Source: Macrostomum lignano (Eukaryota). From it: DNA of 64,000 bases. How positions within the stretch are numbered: the stretch's first letter is position 1; every line of letters starts with the position of its first letter. The DNA lies in contig NIVC01003805.1 in assembly GCA_002269645.1 (NCBI GenBank), positions 1-64,000 of the forward strand, written 5' to 3'. Shown here in pieces: positions 44,395-57,087 of this stretch. The notes under the pieces were generated by a model. That model ran no database searches. It worked only from the letters and a program-made list of their open reading frames with translations, and was not told the DNA's origin. The position numbers were made by a program, and so were the translations under genes.

Positions 44395-46534
44395 TTTTAA
44401 GCATTGTGTTTACGCGCCCCCCCCCCCCCCAATAACTAATAACGTTACAGCCGTTACAGAGAATGCAAGCCCGTTGCATTGAGCATGTGTGAATGTATGT
44501 GAAAATAAATATTAATCGCTTTCAGTGTTACTTCAATGCGATTATAATACCGTGTTCTTAATTTGTGCAATACTAAAGTTTCTATCCAATGCTTAATACG
44601 TATTGTGGCACGGCAAACTTAGAACAGTGTTTAGATCTTACACTAGAACTAATACGGCGAGCTTAAACCTAGATGTAGTAATTTTCTCTACGAGCCTTTG
44701 AGTGAATAACAGAGTCTAAAGACCAAGACAGTTTAACGATTAAGGTTAACAAGATTTCATTTCATACATGGAGTTAGTTGAGAATGAAAAATAATACGTT
44801 TAATGAAGCAAAAACATGAGATTAGGAGATAGATATAGAACACCAAACAAAAACACTCAAATATTGTCTTAGCACCAACGCGTAAATATTATAAAACTAA
44901 AAAATAATAATGGGAAAGTTAGCATCGATGGCGATAAAGTGTTAAAAATGAAGAATGGGCAAATGACATAGCATCAAGCACACGGAAATTACATTTAAGC
45001 ATTAAGCTACAATTTAAAATAAATTTAAGCAGTATGAAGAGTTACAGAAGATAGGCGGGGTCTGCTGATCGCAGATACAAAAATATAATTAAAAATTAAA
45101 AAAAAATGCACCGTGTGTTAGTACCGTTACATCAATGCCAATAGTTCAATAAATTGTGGTTCCTATCACACCAGAGCCTGGGCAGTGAGGCCTTGCATCC
45201 GCTGCGATGGAACGCTATCTAATTCTATTGACTCTCCAGTTTGGTTTGGCGACTCTCATCCCTCATTGATACTCTGCAGGGGAATCGCGTGCCATTCGCG
45301 TTGAGGGGTCGATCCGTGGGGATAGTGCAGACCTGTCTCTTGGGTTGGTTGTCCACTTGCTGAGATTGAAGGCGACTGCGGTGGCGTTCTTGATCGAGCC
45401 GCGCGCGATGCGCTGATGTTAAAAAGGATGAAACAATGAAACAAAACTGGAGAACATGAGTTGAAATATTCACATAGGCAATTTAAACCTACCAAAACTT
45501 GTAGCAGCGAACAACCCACGATACTAGCGAATAGATGAACACAACAACAACTTTGTTGCTGTTAGCAGTCCGACTGGTTTTTCAGTGCCACTGAATGATG
45601 CGGACTGCAACTGGTGCTTTGAAGTGCGACTCAGCGGCTGTGTAGAGCCATTGAATTTTGACTGGAGTGCCACAATAGCTCGAGTGAGTGCGCGCATCTG
45701 GTTAGCCTGGTTCCTTAATGCAATGATAATCTGTTGTTGAATCATTGTCTTGCTTTAAATGCGATTTTAGCGAAATACTCCTGTCCTACACGGCTACACT
45801 CCTAAACTTCTTAACACAGTGATTTAAGCGATTTTAAAGAGAGCGAAAGAGGTCTTTCTTATGAGATCGATAACAGGGGGACGAAGAATAACAGCGGGTG
45901 TACGCTGGCGCAGGCGAGAGGCAGACTGTTGAATAATGTACATTTGTGCTGGGGGCGGGGTGATAGGAAAAGTCGTAAAACCCACTGACTGCGAGAGGAT
46001 GGGCTAGTGGATGAGAACGAGCCTCTAGCCTAAGAAGACGAAACGGACTAGCTGCAGTTAAGACAAAACGCTTAGAAGGAATGGAATGATGCGAAAACTT
46101 GTAATTTTTTAACAAACTGGTATAGGGCGGGTGTGAGAGGCAAGCCTGGAAAAAGAAAGAAATCCAGATTTAAGACAAACCATACTAAGCTTATTTTTTC
46201 CATCTGCGGACCAGTGCTAGTGCAACACGGTCTGAATTGAGAGGTGTTTGGTATTGGGACTTCGGCGTGGAGGCAAACATAACTGATGCAGGGTGGCAGT
46301 GACTAGTCCTATTAGCACATTGTTTCTAAATTTGCGCATGAACATTGAAAAGACTTCCAGAAACCAAAAGTTCTGTTGTGCTATAAGAACAAAAAAGAAT
46401 CAGTTGAAGCGGATTTTCCCAGCACCCGAACACTCGCGCATTTAGCTAAAGCGTCGAACCACATCACTATAGCAAAGCAAAAGTTAGCAATCTAGGAGAG
46501 AGTGGCCGCGAGCGTGGCAATAAAGAGGTGGGGA

Positions 46535-46725
46535 AAAGTGGTAGGACGAGATTAGGCAAACGCGCTTGGGTAGGATATAAATTCATCTTCTAGTGGCTGG
46601 GACTTCCTATTGGTTTTGCTATGCAAAAACGGGCTATGCGTGTATCCCATTGAAATAGTGCTTGGAACTTCATATTACTTTGGCCATGGAAAAACGAGCT
46701 ATGGGCGTAAAAAACGCTTACTACT
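46535..46725 (+). repeat. Second Maverick TIR-end copy, abutting a broken gypsy gag
   Basis: Homologous to 18805-18995; ends CTTACTACT, with gag sequence immediately beyond. Confidence 0.55.
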
Positions 46726-48021
46726 GGTCTCTTCCATTTTGATCATGCCGATTCCATTTGCTTTTTCTTTCTCGTCCTTGTTGTCCTCGTTTGTCTTCTT
46801 CCTCTCGATCATGCTGATACCAAGCTCCGGGTCCGTAAAGTCCATCTCCAAGTCGTCGATTGTGAAGACGTGCTGTTCATGTTGCTCATTTTCCGGTGTG
46901 TACGTGATGGCATTTGCGTATCGTTGCATTGCTTGTGTCGGCTGTTTTGGTGTGTACTTGGCGTTGCGTGGCCTGTAGCCATCATTTCCGAAGCGCATCG
47001 TGCCTTGTTGTTGCCGATTTTGATATTGCTGCCATGGCTTTTGAGGTTTCCGACTGTTGAATGGTGGCCTTGGCTTGTCATATCTGGTCGAACGATGAGG
47101 ACAATTAATTTGATAATGGTCTTCTTGTCCGCAGTAGTATCATCTGGCTTGGGCGCGTTCATTTCTTATTTTCTGTTCGGCGATGGCGGCTATTTGATGT
47201 TTCATTAGCTTGTTTAGTTGTTGCGTCAACTTCTGCACTTCTGTGTTGCCTGTTGTCATTAATGGGGCACTGGCTTCTCATTGCATCCCGCACCGCAAAA
47301 GGTCTTCCTCGGTTTCGATGTTCTCGCCAAAAGTCTATCCCGAAGTGACGGCTGTGCATTGTTTATTACGTGCAGGATGAGGTTTTGTTCTCGATCCATC
47401 AATCGTTGTCGTTCTCTAGCGGCTAGTTCCGCTGCACCTAGGGGTGGTTGGTCCGCAGCTTGCAGCGTTGGCTGATGCAGTGCCTTAATTATTTGGCGGA
47501 TATCATCCACAAAGGCGAGGAAGGATTCTGTTGCCTGCATCCTTCTGTTATGTAACTTGTGCAACAGCACTGATCTGTTTGTGCCACAGCGATTGAAGTG
47601 CGCGCGCAGTTGAATGAATAATGCTGGATAATTTTGCTGTGTTTCCGCATCCAGGTTGCCATAAATTTCTCGTGCAGTACCTTGGAGAAGAGGTGGTAGC
47701 AGCTGTGCCAATTCTCTGGATTTTGCAGATTGTATTCCCTGCATACCAGGTCAAAATGGTCGACAAAGGTGTTAAAATCTTTCTCCATCGAGAAGGTACC
47801 CACTGTTTCTTTGATTTTCCTGTGCACCGTTGGGTTGCGCCGCGCCATGTTGTTGATGGGGTAGAAAGGTAGTTCGAGATCTGGATCGATTTGTAATGGA
47901 TCGTCCAGTGTGGTGTTTGCCTCGGAATAAACCTCGACTGTAACGAATTGTCTTGTGGTGTCGATTTGTTATTCGCTGGCCTCGAATGGAGTTGTGGCTT
48001 GCTGCCACTGGCTGTACTCAA
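46726..48021 (-). pseudogene. Ty3/gypsy gag of family L, frameshifted
   Basis: FNTFVDHFDLVCREYNL..LLPPLLQGTAREIY..LRAHF..LHNRRMQATESFLAFVDDIR is a capsid-like pattern. Lies downstream of L8 and its PBS. Confidence 0.75.
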
Positions 48022-48509
48022 ATGAACTTGTTCTGTTTGCTGGTTGGCTCAGCACTTATGCGGCGTCCCGCAAAGTGTATCTTCCACTTGCGTCGAAGTG
48101 TACTTGTCTTCTTGTTTTTTACGGACTTTTTTCTTCTTTGATTCTCTTTCTTTCGTCAATTAACTTTGTTCTCGACGAAGTATCAATTAATTTCGGTTTT
48201 GCTTTAGTTTGCGTCGACGATTCTTTACTTTCGGTTTGTTTTCAGTGTACCGACGAAGTTAATTTTTGGTTTTGTTTTAGATTTACACTTGCTCGAGTTC
48301 GTTAAAACAAAAATTAATACGCGTGCTTAAACTGTACTCAAAATTGACAGGTTCTCAAGCCTGTATACCAAAACTGTATTCGAGTTTCAAAACGTACAAA
48401 ACTCGAAAAGTGTTAACTCTAACACGTGTGCGCAAAATTAATGAAGTCGCTCTCTCGTCACTTTTACAATAGCTTGATCAGGGCTATTGCTCAAAATTTG
48501 AGTAGTGCC

Positions 48510-48529
48510 GAAAGGGCGAGTTCACCAAT
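48510..48529 (-). promoter_or_regulatory. Putative primer-binding site after 5' LTR L8
   Basis: Minus strand reads ...ACATCA|ATTGGTGAACTCGCCC, with TGG two bases after the LTR end. The cognate tRNA was not identified. Confidence 0.5.
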
Positions 48530-49573
48530 TGATGTGTTCCTTATTACAGTCCTCAACTGTAATCAAGGAACAATCACTTCTAGCTCTGTAGTTAGGCAAC
48601 CCAGTAAGTCAACTGCAGGTACTCAATTACCTTAAATCCGGTTGAGCTGTTCCCTTCCTCGAGTAGTTCTCGCAATAGGTCTCTCAGTGGATCCGTAGGT
48701 CTCGCTTATCTTCCGGAAGACTCTGTTGCTCTGGTCCGATTTCTTCTTTGTGTCTCGCCGGCCGGTATCTGTCGTTCGGACCAATGGGAAGCTTCCAATT
48801 ACAATGGGTACCCTGCGCCAACTCCGGTTCAATATAAGCCTCCTTCTTCTAGCAGTGCCTCTATGCACTCTAGGTATAGCTCCGGTATTCTCTAGCAGAT
48901 CTTCTAAGATCTACTAGGGTAGTCCTTCGGGCGACTACAGCCAATGGAGTCTCAAATGGACTCAAGGGTCTCAACAGAATCTAACACTATATCACAAGTG
49001 AGTCGACCCAACAACAACGGGCGCGAATAAGGAAGGCTTACCGCAAGTCACTCGACCGAGTCTCGAGTTGCTTCAGGAAGTCTGCTGCAGAGCTTCCTCT
49101 TCGGAGCTTTCTCTCTAGGAAAACTTGTTGACTCCGGGTTCGCTCCGGACCACTTGTATTTATAGGCAAATGGATCCACATGAGATCACGTGAGTTAGAC
49201 TTTTCAACTGTCAAAAAGGTCACGGATTGGTTGCTGTCAAACATGGCAGGTTAGAAAGTTACTCCATTGGTTTAGTGTAAAAACGCATGATTGGTTATCG
49301 CATTCGAGTTATTTATTTTTAGTTACATTTGATTGGTTCACGTGAGTGCTGTTGAATGATGCATCTCTCCTGGGGTCTGAGTTTGACAAGTGCGGGTTAC
49401 ACGTGATTGGGTGATTTCTAAATTTAGCATGCTCGAAGTCTCTCTCTTCCTATTGGTTAGTCAGAATATACGTAGCTCAAAGCATACCTTTATACATGCT
49501 CTTCATTTTACTACTATGCAAGTAGTACGTTAGCCATTTTTTATGATTTTTGCAGGAGGTAGAACACTCTACA
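48530..49573 (-). mobile_element. LTR family L, copy L8 (5' LTR)
   Basis: Complete TG...CA copy followed on the minus strand by a PBS-like site, leader and gag. Its other side interrupts the SOCS-ORF paralog. Confidence 0.9.
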
Positions 49574-49790
49574 GGCGCGCTCAGACCTCCGGGTGGTGTC
49601 CATCGGGAGCAGGGCGTACCATGACAACAGTGCGTCTAGAACTCGTAGGTCGCCCTTGTCGAGTCGCGCCAATTCGTCGTCATCGTCATAGTCGAAAACA
49701 GGATCACCACAAGCCAAGTGGACAAATTGGGCAACGGCTTGGTAGTAGTCGTGGCGGAGATGGTAGAATGGGAATGGGAAATTAAAGATA
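49574..49790 (-). pseudogene. N-terminal fragment of a paralog of the SOCS-box ORF
   Basis: LACGDPVFDYDDDDELARLDKGDLRVLDALLSWYALLPMDTTRRSERA versus LACGDTVFEWDDQEELARLNKGDLRVLDGLMSWYALLPANTIRRSERA at 39100-39243. Confidence 0.8.
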
Positions 49791-50333
49791 GGGTTTCGGC
49801 TCTCTGTCGGATCTGCGTCCGAATACTCTAAGATTAGACAATAAGCGGCAAGTCTGACTCAATGTTTTCCTGCGGTGTTATACCTTCTCTTTGGATGTTA
49901 TATTTCAATCTAATTCACCGGTGATGTTCGCGCAAAATACAAAGATGTACGAGCTAAACTTCCTAAATACGAAGTATGAAGCAGTCAGAATAGAATGTAT
50001 AGCAATACTTATCGGTACACTCGGATGATCTGGTGTACAAGGCTAATGCCTGTATTTGTTCGTCGGCCGAGTGCGGACTGTGGACTTAATTGATTTGGTT
50101 TCTATCGATATCTTTGGTTACTATGCTAGTGAGTCTGAAGTAGAGGAAAAGGATAGGGGGTCTGCGAGGTTGCGAGGTTTCGAAGGTCTAAGGACTGCTT
50201 CGTACTTTCGTGCATTAAAATACAGCGCGATGTTAGGCTGCTATTGGTAGCCTGCGTTTAGCGAATCAGCAGATGAAAGTGTATAGATGGAGTTTCGTAC
50301 TAAACGCATACGGTAGAAATGGCTACATTTCAC

Positions 50334-50971
50334 TATCAGGGTAGTCCTTCTGGAGACTACAACCAATAAGTCTCAACAGACTGAGAGTCCCAACAGACTC
50401 AAACACCTGGCGCAAATGAGTAAGGCTTACAGCAAGAACTCGACCGAGTCTCGATTACTTGGTCGGAAGGAAGTCCTTTGGAGGCTTCCTCTCGGAGCTC
50501 TTCTTCCTTCTGGAAGGCAAAATCTTGAGCTCTGGTCCGCTCCGGACCACTTGTATTTATAGGCAATCGGACCCCACATGAGTCATTGAGTTCATTGTCA
50601 AATGTCAAAGGTTCACGGATTGGTTGCTGTCAAACATGACAGGTTAGAAAGTTACTCCATTGGTTTCGTGGGAGCATGCATGATTGGTTACCGCAGCTGA
50701 GTTATTTTTAGATATCTTTTAGATTGGTTCATCCAAGTGCAGACTGAATGATGCATCGCAACTGGGGTTTGAGCTGACAATCGCGGGTCACACGTGATTG
50801 GGTGATTTCTAAAACTAGCATGCTTGAGATTTCTCTCTTCCTATTGATTTATTCAAATATATGTATGGTTCAGCGCATATCTTTATACATGCTGCTTAGT
50901 ATACTACTGAATAAAATGTGTGAGTAGTACATTAACAATTTTGTCACTCGTGGGTGGTAGAACACTCTACA
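50334..50971 (-). mobile_element. LTR family L, copy L9, U5 end missing
   Basis: Family core motifs; GGTAGAACACTCTACA end at 50971. Confidence 0.85.
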
Positions 50972-51446
50972 GTGGCCCCTGTTGTTGAAGTGATGGGCGA
51001 TGACGGACGTCCCTCTCGGGGTTCGCCATTAAGCTCGGGTGAGCCCCGTAATATAAGTTTCCTAGACTGTCGCAAACTAAGAACTTACATATGATTAAGA
51101 ATGACTACCTCTCTCAGCCTTTTGCTGGTCATCATCTTTACTAAGGCAAACACATTAAAGCATTATATTTTGAATAAATGATCCGTTGATCTGATAACTT
51201 TAAGTATACATTTATATAGTGGTTTTTAAACATATTGACAAGCGTATATGAGTAAACTAAAGCAAGCATTTAACGCAAAGGATAAGACTGATGCAGTATC
51301 GTCTAACTACGAGTAAAAACCAATGCTAGTTTTATGCTACAAATAATCTGCTATTCTATTCAAGCTTATACATAGCTGGGCTAGTTAGGTCGAAAACCCT
51401 TAATCATAGCAATAAGTCGTGGTAGTGCTCAGTCTTACCTTTGAAC

Positions 51447-52320
51447 TGATGTGTTCCTTACTACCAAGACTCTCTCGTAGTAATCAGGGAACAATCACTT
51501 CTAGCTACTGCTAGGCTAATGAAGGTATTTATTACCTTGACTCTCTGATCAGTTGGTCTCTTCCTAAGAGCTGATCTCGCACTTAGTCTTGTTCCTTGTC
51601 TTCCGGAAGATTTGATGTCTTAAATCTGTTGTCCAGGTCCTGGTTCCTCTTGTACTTCCAACGAAGTATTTCCGACCGGTATCTGTCGTTCGGACCAAAA
51701 GGAAGCTTCGAATTAGCAATAGGATTCCTGCGCCTTACTGCGGTTTCAATTAAGCCTTCTCCTTCTAGCAGTGTCTTAATACACGCTAAGGTATAGCTCC
51801 GGTAATCGCTGATAGACTTCTAATATCTATCTAGGTAGTCCTTCTGGAGACTGCAACCAATGGAATCTCAATAGACTCAACAACAACAACAATAATGAGT
51901 CGACTCAAACAACGGGCAAAAATAAGTAAGGCTTACCGCAAGAACTCAGCCGAATCTCGATTGACTTGGTCTGTAGGAAGTCCTTCTATATATGGCTTCC
52001 TCTTCGGAGCTTCTCCTTCCGGAGGTTCGGTTGTTGGCTCCGGGTCCGCTTCGGACCACTTGTATTTATAGGCAAACGGACCCCTCGTGAGGTCACTGGG
52101 TTCATTTTCGTAAATGTCAAAGGGTCACGCTTTGGTTGCTGTCAAGCATGACAGGGTAGAAAGTTAAGCCACTAGTCTAGTGTAAGCGGTCATGATTGAT
52201 TATTTTAGCAGGGTTATTTTGGATTATCTTTGATTGGTTCATCCGGGGGCAAGCCGAATGATGAATTGCAGATGGGGTCTAAACTTGACAATTGTAGGTC
52301 ACACATGATTGGTCGGTTGC
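51447..52320 (-). mobile_element. LTR family L, copy L10, U3 end missing
   Basis: TGATGTGTTCC at 51447, with family core and TATA motif. Confidence 0.85.
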
Positions 52321-52331
52321 TAAAAATAACA

Positions 52332-53220
52332 TTAGTCTTTCACCGGTGTTCCATACTCGACAATGTTTACTTCTTCAATCTCTAGGAGTTGTAGTTCCTC
52401 AGCTCCTTCGTTCCGTCCATAACCACGGTCCGAATCCTTCCCTCCGACTGCGCCTTGTAATTCAACTACATTCACCGCTGTTCCTCTACCTCTTCTGGTA
52501 GTCCCTTGTCCTCTATTCATCTGACCTCTGCTCAGAAATCGTCCTCGACCAGGATTACCTCGATAATGTCCGTGGTTATTACCTAGGTATCCTCCACCAG
52601 GGTTCCAATATTCTGCTGCATTTCTTTGATCTAGCTTTCCTCGTCTTCGGTTCCACTGATTTGAAGGACGGACTCCTCGAGGTTGCCATCTTCTAAATTG
52701 TGCTGGTTTTCACGCTGGTTCTGCCACTGGTTCCAGCCCCTTCCTCCGTTGCCTTCCATTTGCAGCGTCAACACCTTAAGTTTCTTATTGATGCTATCGT
52801 GCTGAATTTCTGTGTCCGTTCTAAGTGATTCTATCGATTCAAAGTGATTTGCTCTACATAGTAGCTGCTGGGTAGTCTGGATATTTTCATCCAGTAGTTT
52901 GTTGCGGAGATAGATGCGCGAGTTACTAATTGCATACCTCACGACCAACTTTTCGGCCAGTCTTCGCATTAATTCGCGATTCCCGTCTGCGCCTGGTTGT
53001 ATTCCTTCTGCGTTCACCATTTTCTGAACAAGTTGGCGGATATCGTTGTAAAAGTCCATGTATTTCTCGCCTTCCTTTTGCTTTCTAGCTGTTAACCACA
53101 GAACTGTTAACTGGGTCATTGTGACAACATCGTTAGGAGCGTAATTCGCATTTCTTCCTTCAGTGCTTCAGCCATTTGCGCATAAGTAGCTTTCCTTTCA
53201 TTCGGGATAGCTCTATAGAT
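52332..53220 (-). pseudogene. Degenerate gypsy gag fragment
   Basis: LTARKQKEGEKYMDFYNDIRQLV..LRNKLL..TTQQLL..ANHFE is a retrotransposon Gag-like pattern, followed by an RGRG-rich segment. Confidence 0.6.
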
Positions 53221-53283
53221 CGTTCAAGAAAGAAAGGAAAAATTCTTAGTTTATTTGCAGCCGTTACATTGAAAACCTCAGAC

Positions 53284-53345
53284 TGATGTGTTCCTTATTA
53301 CCCGACTTTTGATAATCAAGGAACAATCACTTCTAGCTCTGTAGT
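53284..53345 (-). mobile_element. LTR family L, copy L11 (U5 terminal fragment)
   Basis: TGATGTGTTCCTTATTACCCGACTTTTGATAATCAAGGAACAATCACTTCTAGCTC. Confidence 0.8.
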
Positions 53346-53984
53346 TTCAAACCTTATGTAGCCTACAAGTTCTCACTCCAACGACAAGCCCAAAGGACAC
53401 CAGCCTGTATCAAGGGTAGTACGCCAAACGTACACCTCAATCGATAGTGTAAAACAAAGAAATGCGAACATGAGCATAATCGTATTAATTCTCGATGTTC
53501 ACGACGCACGAAATTTATTTGGACAAATCTCAAAACTTTCGCACAATTTAGCGAGAGTCAGGCGGCGAGAGAGTTAACACGTATCGATGGAGCGATCGTG
53601 TTCAAAAGTTAGAATTTCCCGCTGTCCCACTTGAGGTTTAGGCAGGCCAACGAAAAACACTTGTGCCATCCCAAGTGTCCAGATTGCTTCTCCTCGTGAT
53701 AATTTTGTACAAGGCAAGTAGATATACATTAGGTACTTATGTATCTTATGCTTACTTATACTTATGCCATATTTCACTCGGTATTGATGGACACTTCTCC
53801 TGTATGGTCTCTTCTTTTGGCCCTTACGAGCCTCCGGGTACCAATGTGGTCCTTCTAATTTCGATTCTTCCGAAGGACCCGTACCGTTGGCTGGTGATGC
53901 TCCACAACAGTTCCCGTCCAGCCTCGGCCAGGTTACACGACCAGGTGCCCTAACCTAATTTCCATTCCTAATCCTATGAGCATT

Positions 53985-56900
53985 TTAGCTCAAATGAGCA
54001 TCCAATGAATCATCCAAGACTTGCGTGCCAATTTTTCTATATAGCGGCTTCCTGTGCTGCAATGCCATTCTTCTCGGGTCCGTTGGTTGGAAATCGGGCA
54101 AGATTATAGATTCCTTCGGGTTCTGCATCTTTTCCAATCTGTTGACGTGTACCCGGATTGGTTCCTTGTTCTTGTCATCCGATCGAATGGCCGCATTCGT
54201 TTCGTTGAATTTCCGAATCACTCTATACGGTCCCGAGAATCGTGGTTGATGTTTTGCAGTTCTTAGTGGTTTTGTATTCTTGACTCTGTCACCTACTTGT
54301 AGAGTCGTTTGCTGTCGCCCCTTGTTACGAGCTAGTTTGTTTGTGCGTTCGGTTTTGTGCTGAAGAGTTTGATCGGGTGGTGATCAGTCACCCGAAGACT
54401 CCCACTTCCAGACCCTAAGCCTGGGAACAAAATTTAGTGATCACTTACTGTTGCGGGCTCCTCTTCTTTGTCGCGCGTGTCTGTAGAGCTGTTCCTCCCG
54501 GGGTAGTCTTCTTGAAGTCTAAAATCGGCCGAAGGTGACAGCGTAACAATTAAATCCGTTGACGTCGCAGTATTCCTCGAATGCAGAAATCAATATAGGC
54601 CTCAGATTCAAAAAGCAATATCAACGATGCGCCCTAATAACAAAGTCAACTTTCTATAACAATAACGAGGTCCTCCAAAAAGGGCGTCTTCTTCTAGAAA
54701 TAACGGAATCGGAGTGGTTTGCTCCTATCGGTTACTCTAGGATAATCCAAATCAATAAATCAATAATCCTCTAAGGGTATCGGAATCGGTCCGCAGATCC
54801 TATCCAATCCCTTAGGAAAATGGGAGGCCTCAAATTCAATGAACTCAGTTAAATCAACTGATCAATAACGGCCGGCAATAAAATCGCTCTCGGTAATCCA
54901 AATAACAAAGGCTAGAACAAAGGCTCACCAATTGGTTTACTTCTCCCTCAGATATGTAGCCTCGATTAGCTTCTGCAGTATGCTCAAGGTGTTTTGAGGC
55001 TGCTCCGAGTCTGAGATTTTTAGCTCGGATTTTGGCCTGTATTTATGGGAAAATCTTGCGAAAAACTGATTATTTTTAGTAGTTGACAGTTTTGCGTTTT
55101 GGAAATTTGACCCCTATAGAATACACTAGATTTGAGCATCAAATACTCGTACCATATTCAGAGTTCTAAATTTAAATGTTGCAAAAGATGATCATTTGTT
55201 GCTTTCGTGGTCTTAAAAATAGAGTGTGACAATTTGGAATTTTTAGCTTTCAAGTTTTTCCGCATTTTTACGTTACTACTTATAGTAGTTTACTTTGCAC
55301 TGTATTTTGGAAATCTCTACAGTGCTTCCCGTAGATTGTGTCTGGTGATTTCTCGAGTGTTAAATGTAATCGTTCCATAAAGTTGCTCCTCGGTGAGTAT
55401 GTGAACACAGTATGTGTTTGACTGCCATCAGTGCGAAAGCTTCATCCAACAGTTTCGCTGTAAATTTCCGTCCGTTGTCTGTCGTCACTTCTCTAGGTAT
55501 ACCAAATATCCTGAATGTCTCGGACAATGTCGTAGCTGTTGTCTGTGCTGTCAAGTCTGGTACGGCTCGTGCCATTGCAAACTTTGTGAAACAACAGATC
55601 ATCGTCATGATGTGTGTGTACATCTCTCCTCGAACTGACGTAGTTAAAATGGTTCCGTTTTTCGTCCATTTGGAATCGCCACCTCGTTTGACGTTTGCGT
55701 CTCCTGTGACTTAATCGTCGTGCCTGTTGGCTTGACCAGGTCCTGCATTACGGCTTCTTTTCGTTCGTCCAGTTCCAGAATCCGTAGTTTTTTGGTCTCC
55801 TCTAACGCGACATAGACTACTTTTTTGTTCAGTCTTTTACTTCGCTCTCGGCGTTCTTCCACAGTGGGTTCTGTCCACTGGGTTTTCTCGGTCGGTTCCG
55901 TTGTACTTACTTTCTCTTGTCTAGCGATTTCTGGTTTACTCGGCGTACCCTGGATGGGTTTTTGGATTTTTGGCTCTTCCGTCAAAACGGCTGTCCTTCA
56001 AAATCCGCTTGGTAAACGCTTTGTCTTGTTGCTCTTGTTGTTTGGGCGCTCGACAGTTGCGCACTGTGTCCCATCTTGTTGCAGTTGAAGCATATCTTGT
56101 CGCTGCGACAGGTTTTTGCGGTGTGACCAAACTTCTTGCACTTGTCACATCGGACCTGTTGTCGGCCGTGGCTTTGTTGATAGCCAGTGGCTCCAGTTGT
56201 TGCTGTTCGTTCTTCAGCTTTCGGCAATCGGATTCCTTGTGTTCTGTCGCACCACTGACATGTGATTCCAGCATTGTCTTCTTTCGCATTCAACGTTGTT
56301 AGCGTCTCTTCTAACTTTTGACGTTCAGTTCTCATTTTTCGACTACAGCGATGAGTTGACGCTTAATGTTTTCCTCTTCATCATACTCTTTCATAGATTG
56401 CCATAGTGCAAACTTCAGCAAATCCTCTGTTGCTCTTATTATCTTGGACATCAGGTGACGTCGCAGTCCCGGTAATGCATTCTGTTTGACCGTGGAGATC
56501 AGCGCATCTTGCAAAATCTGCTGGTTTCTGACTATTCGTGCCCTTCTATATTCCGCTCCTTCTTCTCCTTCTGGTGCAGCCTCTTGGTACACCGCGTTCT
56601 CCACCAATCGTCGAATGTCAGTTATGAACTTATTGACATCTTCATCGTGTGCCATCTTGCATGTCCAGAGTTGCGCTTGCGCAGCCTGGCCGTTGTCGGT
56701 TTTCGTGTCGTAGGTCGTCATTAAAGTTTGTGTTAGCTGTATTAGTCGTTAGTCGTTTAGTCGCTAAACAGTGTTAGTCGTTTCTGATGTTTTCCGGTTG
56801 TTCTACGTGTCGCAAGTTTTCAGTGCATCTGGTTGCAGGAACGCTGGTAGAATTCGAGCTTTCTCAGCGTCCGTCAATCCGAATGTTCTCATCATCAGAT

Positions 56901-57087
56901 CGTGTACTCGGGGTTGACTGCTTTCTTTTAAACGAGTAAATCCCACTACTGTCCCTAAGTCGTCCCAGAGTTTTGCTTGTTCGTTCTTAGAATTTACTTG
57001 ATTTCCTAGAAATCTCTGGTGAATGCCCGAGCGGTATGACACTGTATTTCTAATTAAGTCCGGAATTATGGCGTTTCCTGAGACCAA
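53985..57087 (-). mobile_element. Heavily deleted Ty3/gypsy internal fragments (gag, zinc knuckles, integrase)
   Basis: Gag pieces at 56332-57087; CDKCKKFGHTAKTC and CFNCNKMGH knuckles (~56090-56150); integrase CCFTKFAMA..FGIPREVTTDNGRKF (55360-55623); GPYRVI..VHVNRL (53985-54240). Confidence 0.8.

Larger units (their letters stand above)
41611..45976. repeat. Inverted copy of the accessory cassette found at 10.6-13.1 kb and 19.0-20.7 kb
   Basis: 42050-43366 ~ rc(19385-20705); 44403-44790 ~ rc(19000-19385); other pieces as listed for 10600-13135. Near-identical by eye. Confidence 0.9.

Noticed and set aside
48510-48529. Assigning the PBS to a specific tRNA
   Set aside because: TGGTGAACTCGCCC did not match any tRNA 3' end I could recall with confidence; it needs the organism's tRNA set.
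5699-52151. Numerous 60-100 aa ORFs inside family-L LTRs (e.g. 5699-5926, 8479-8775, 21838-22511, 27770-28320, 48632-49244)
   Set aside because: Frames and stops are not conserved between LTR copies; they are chance ORFs.
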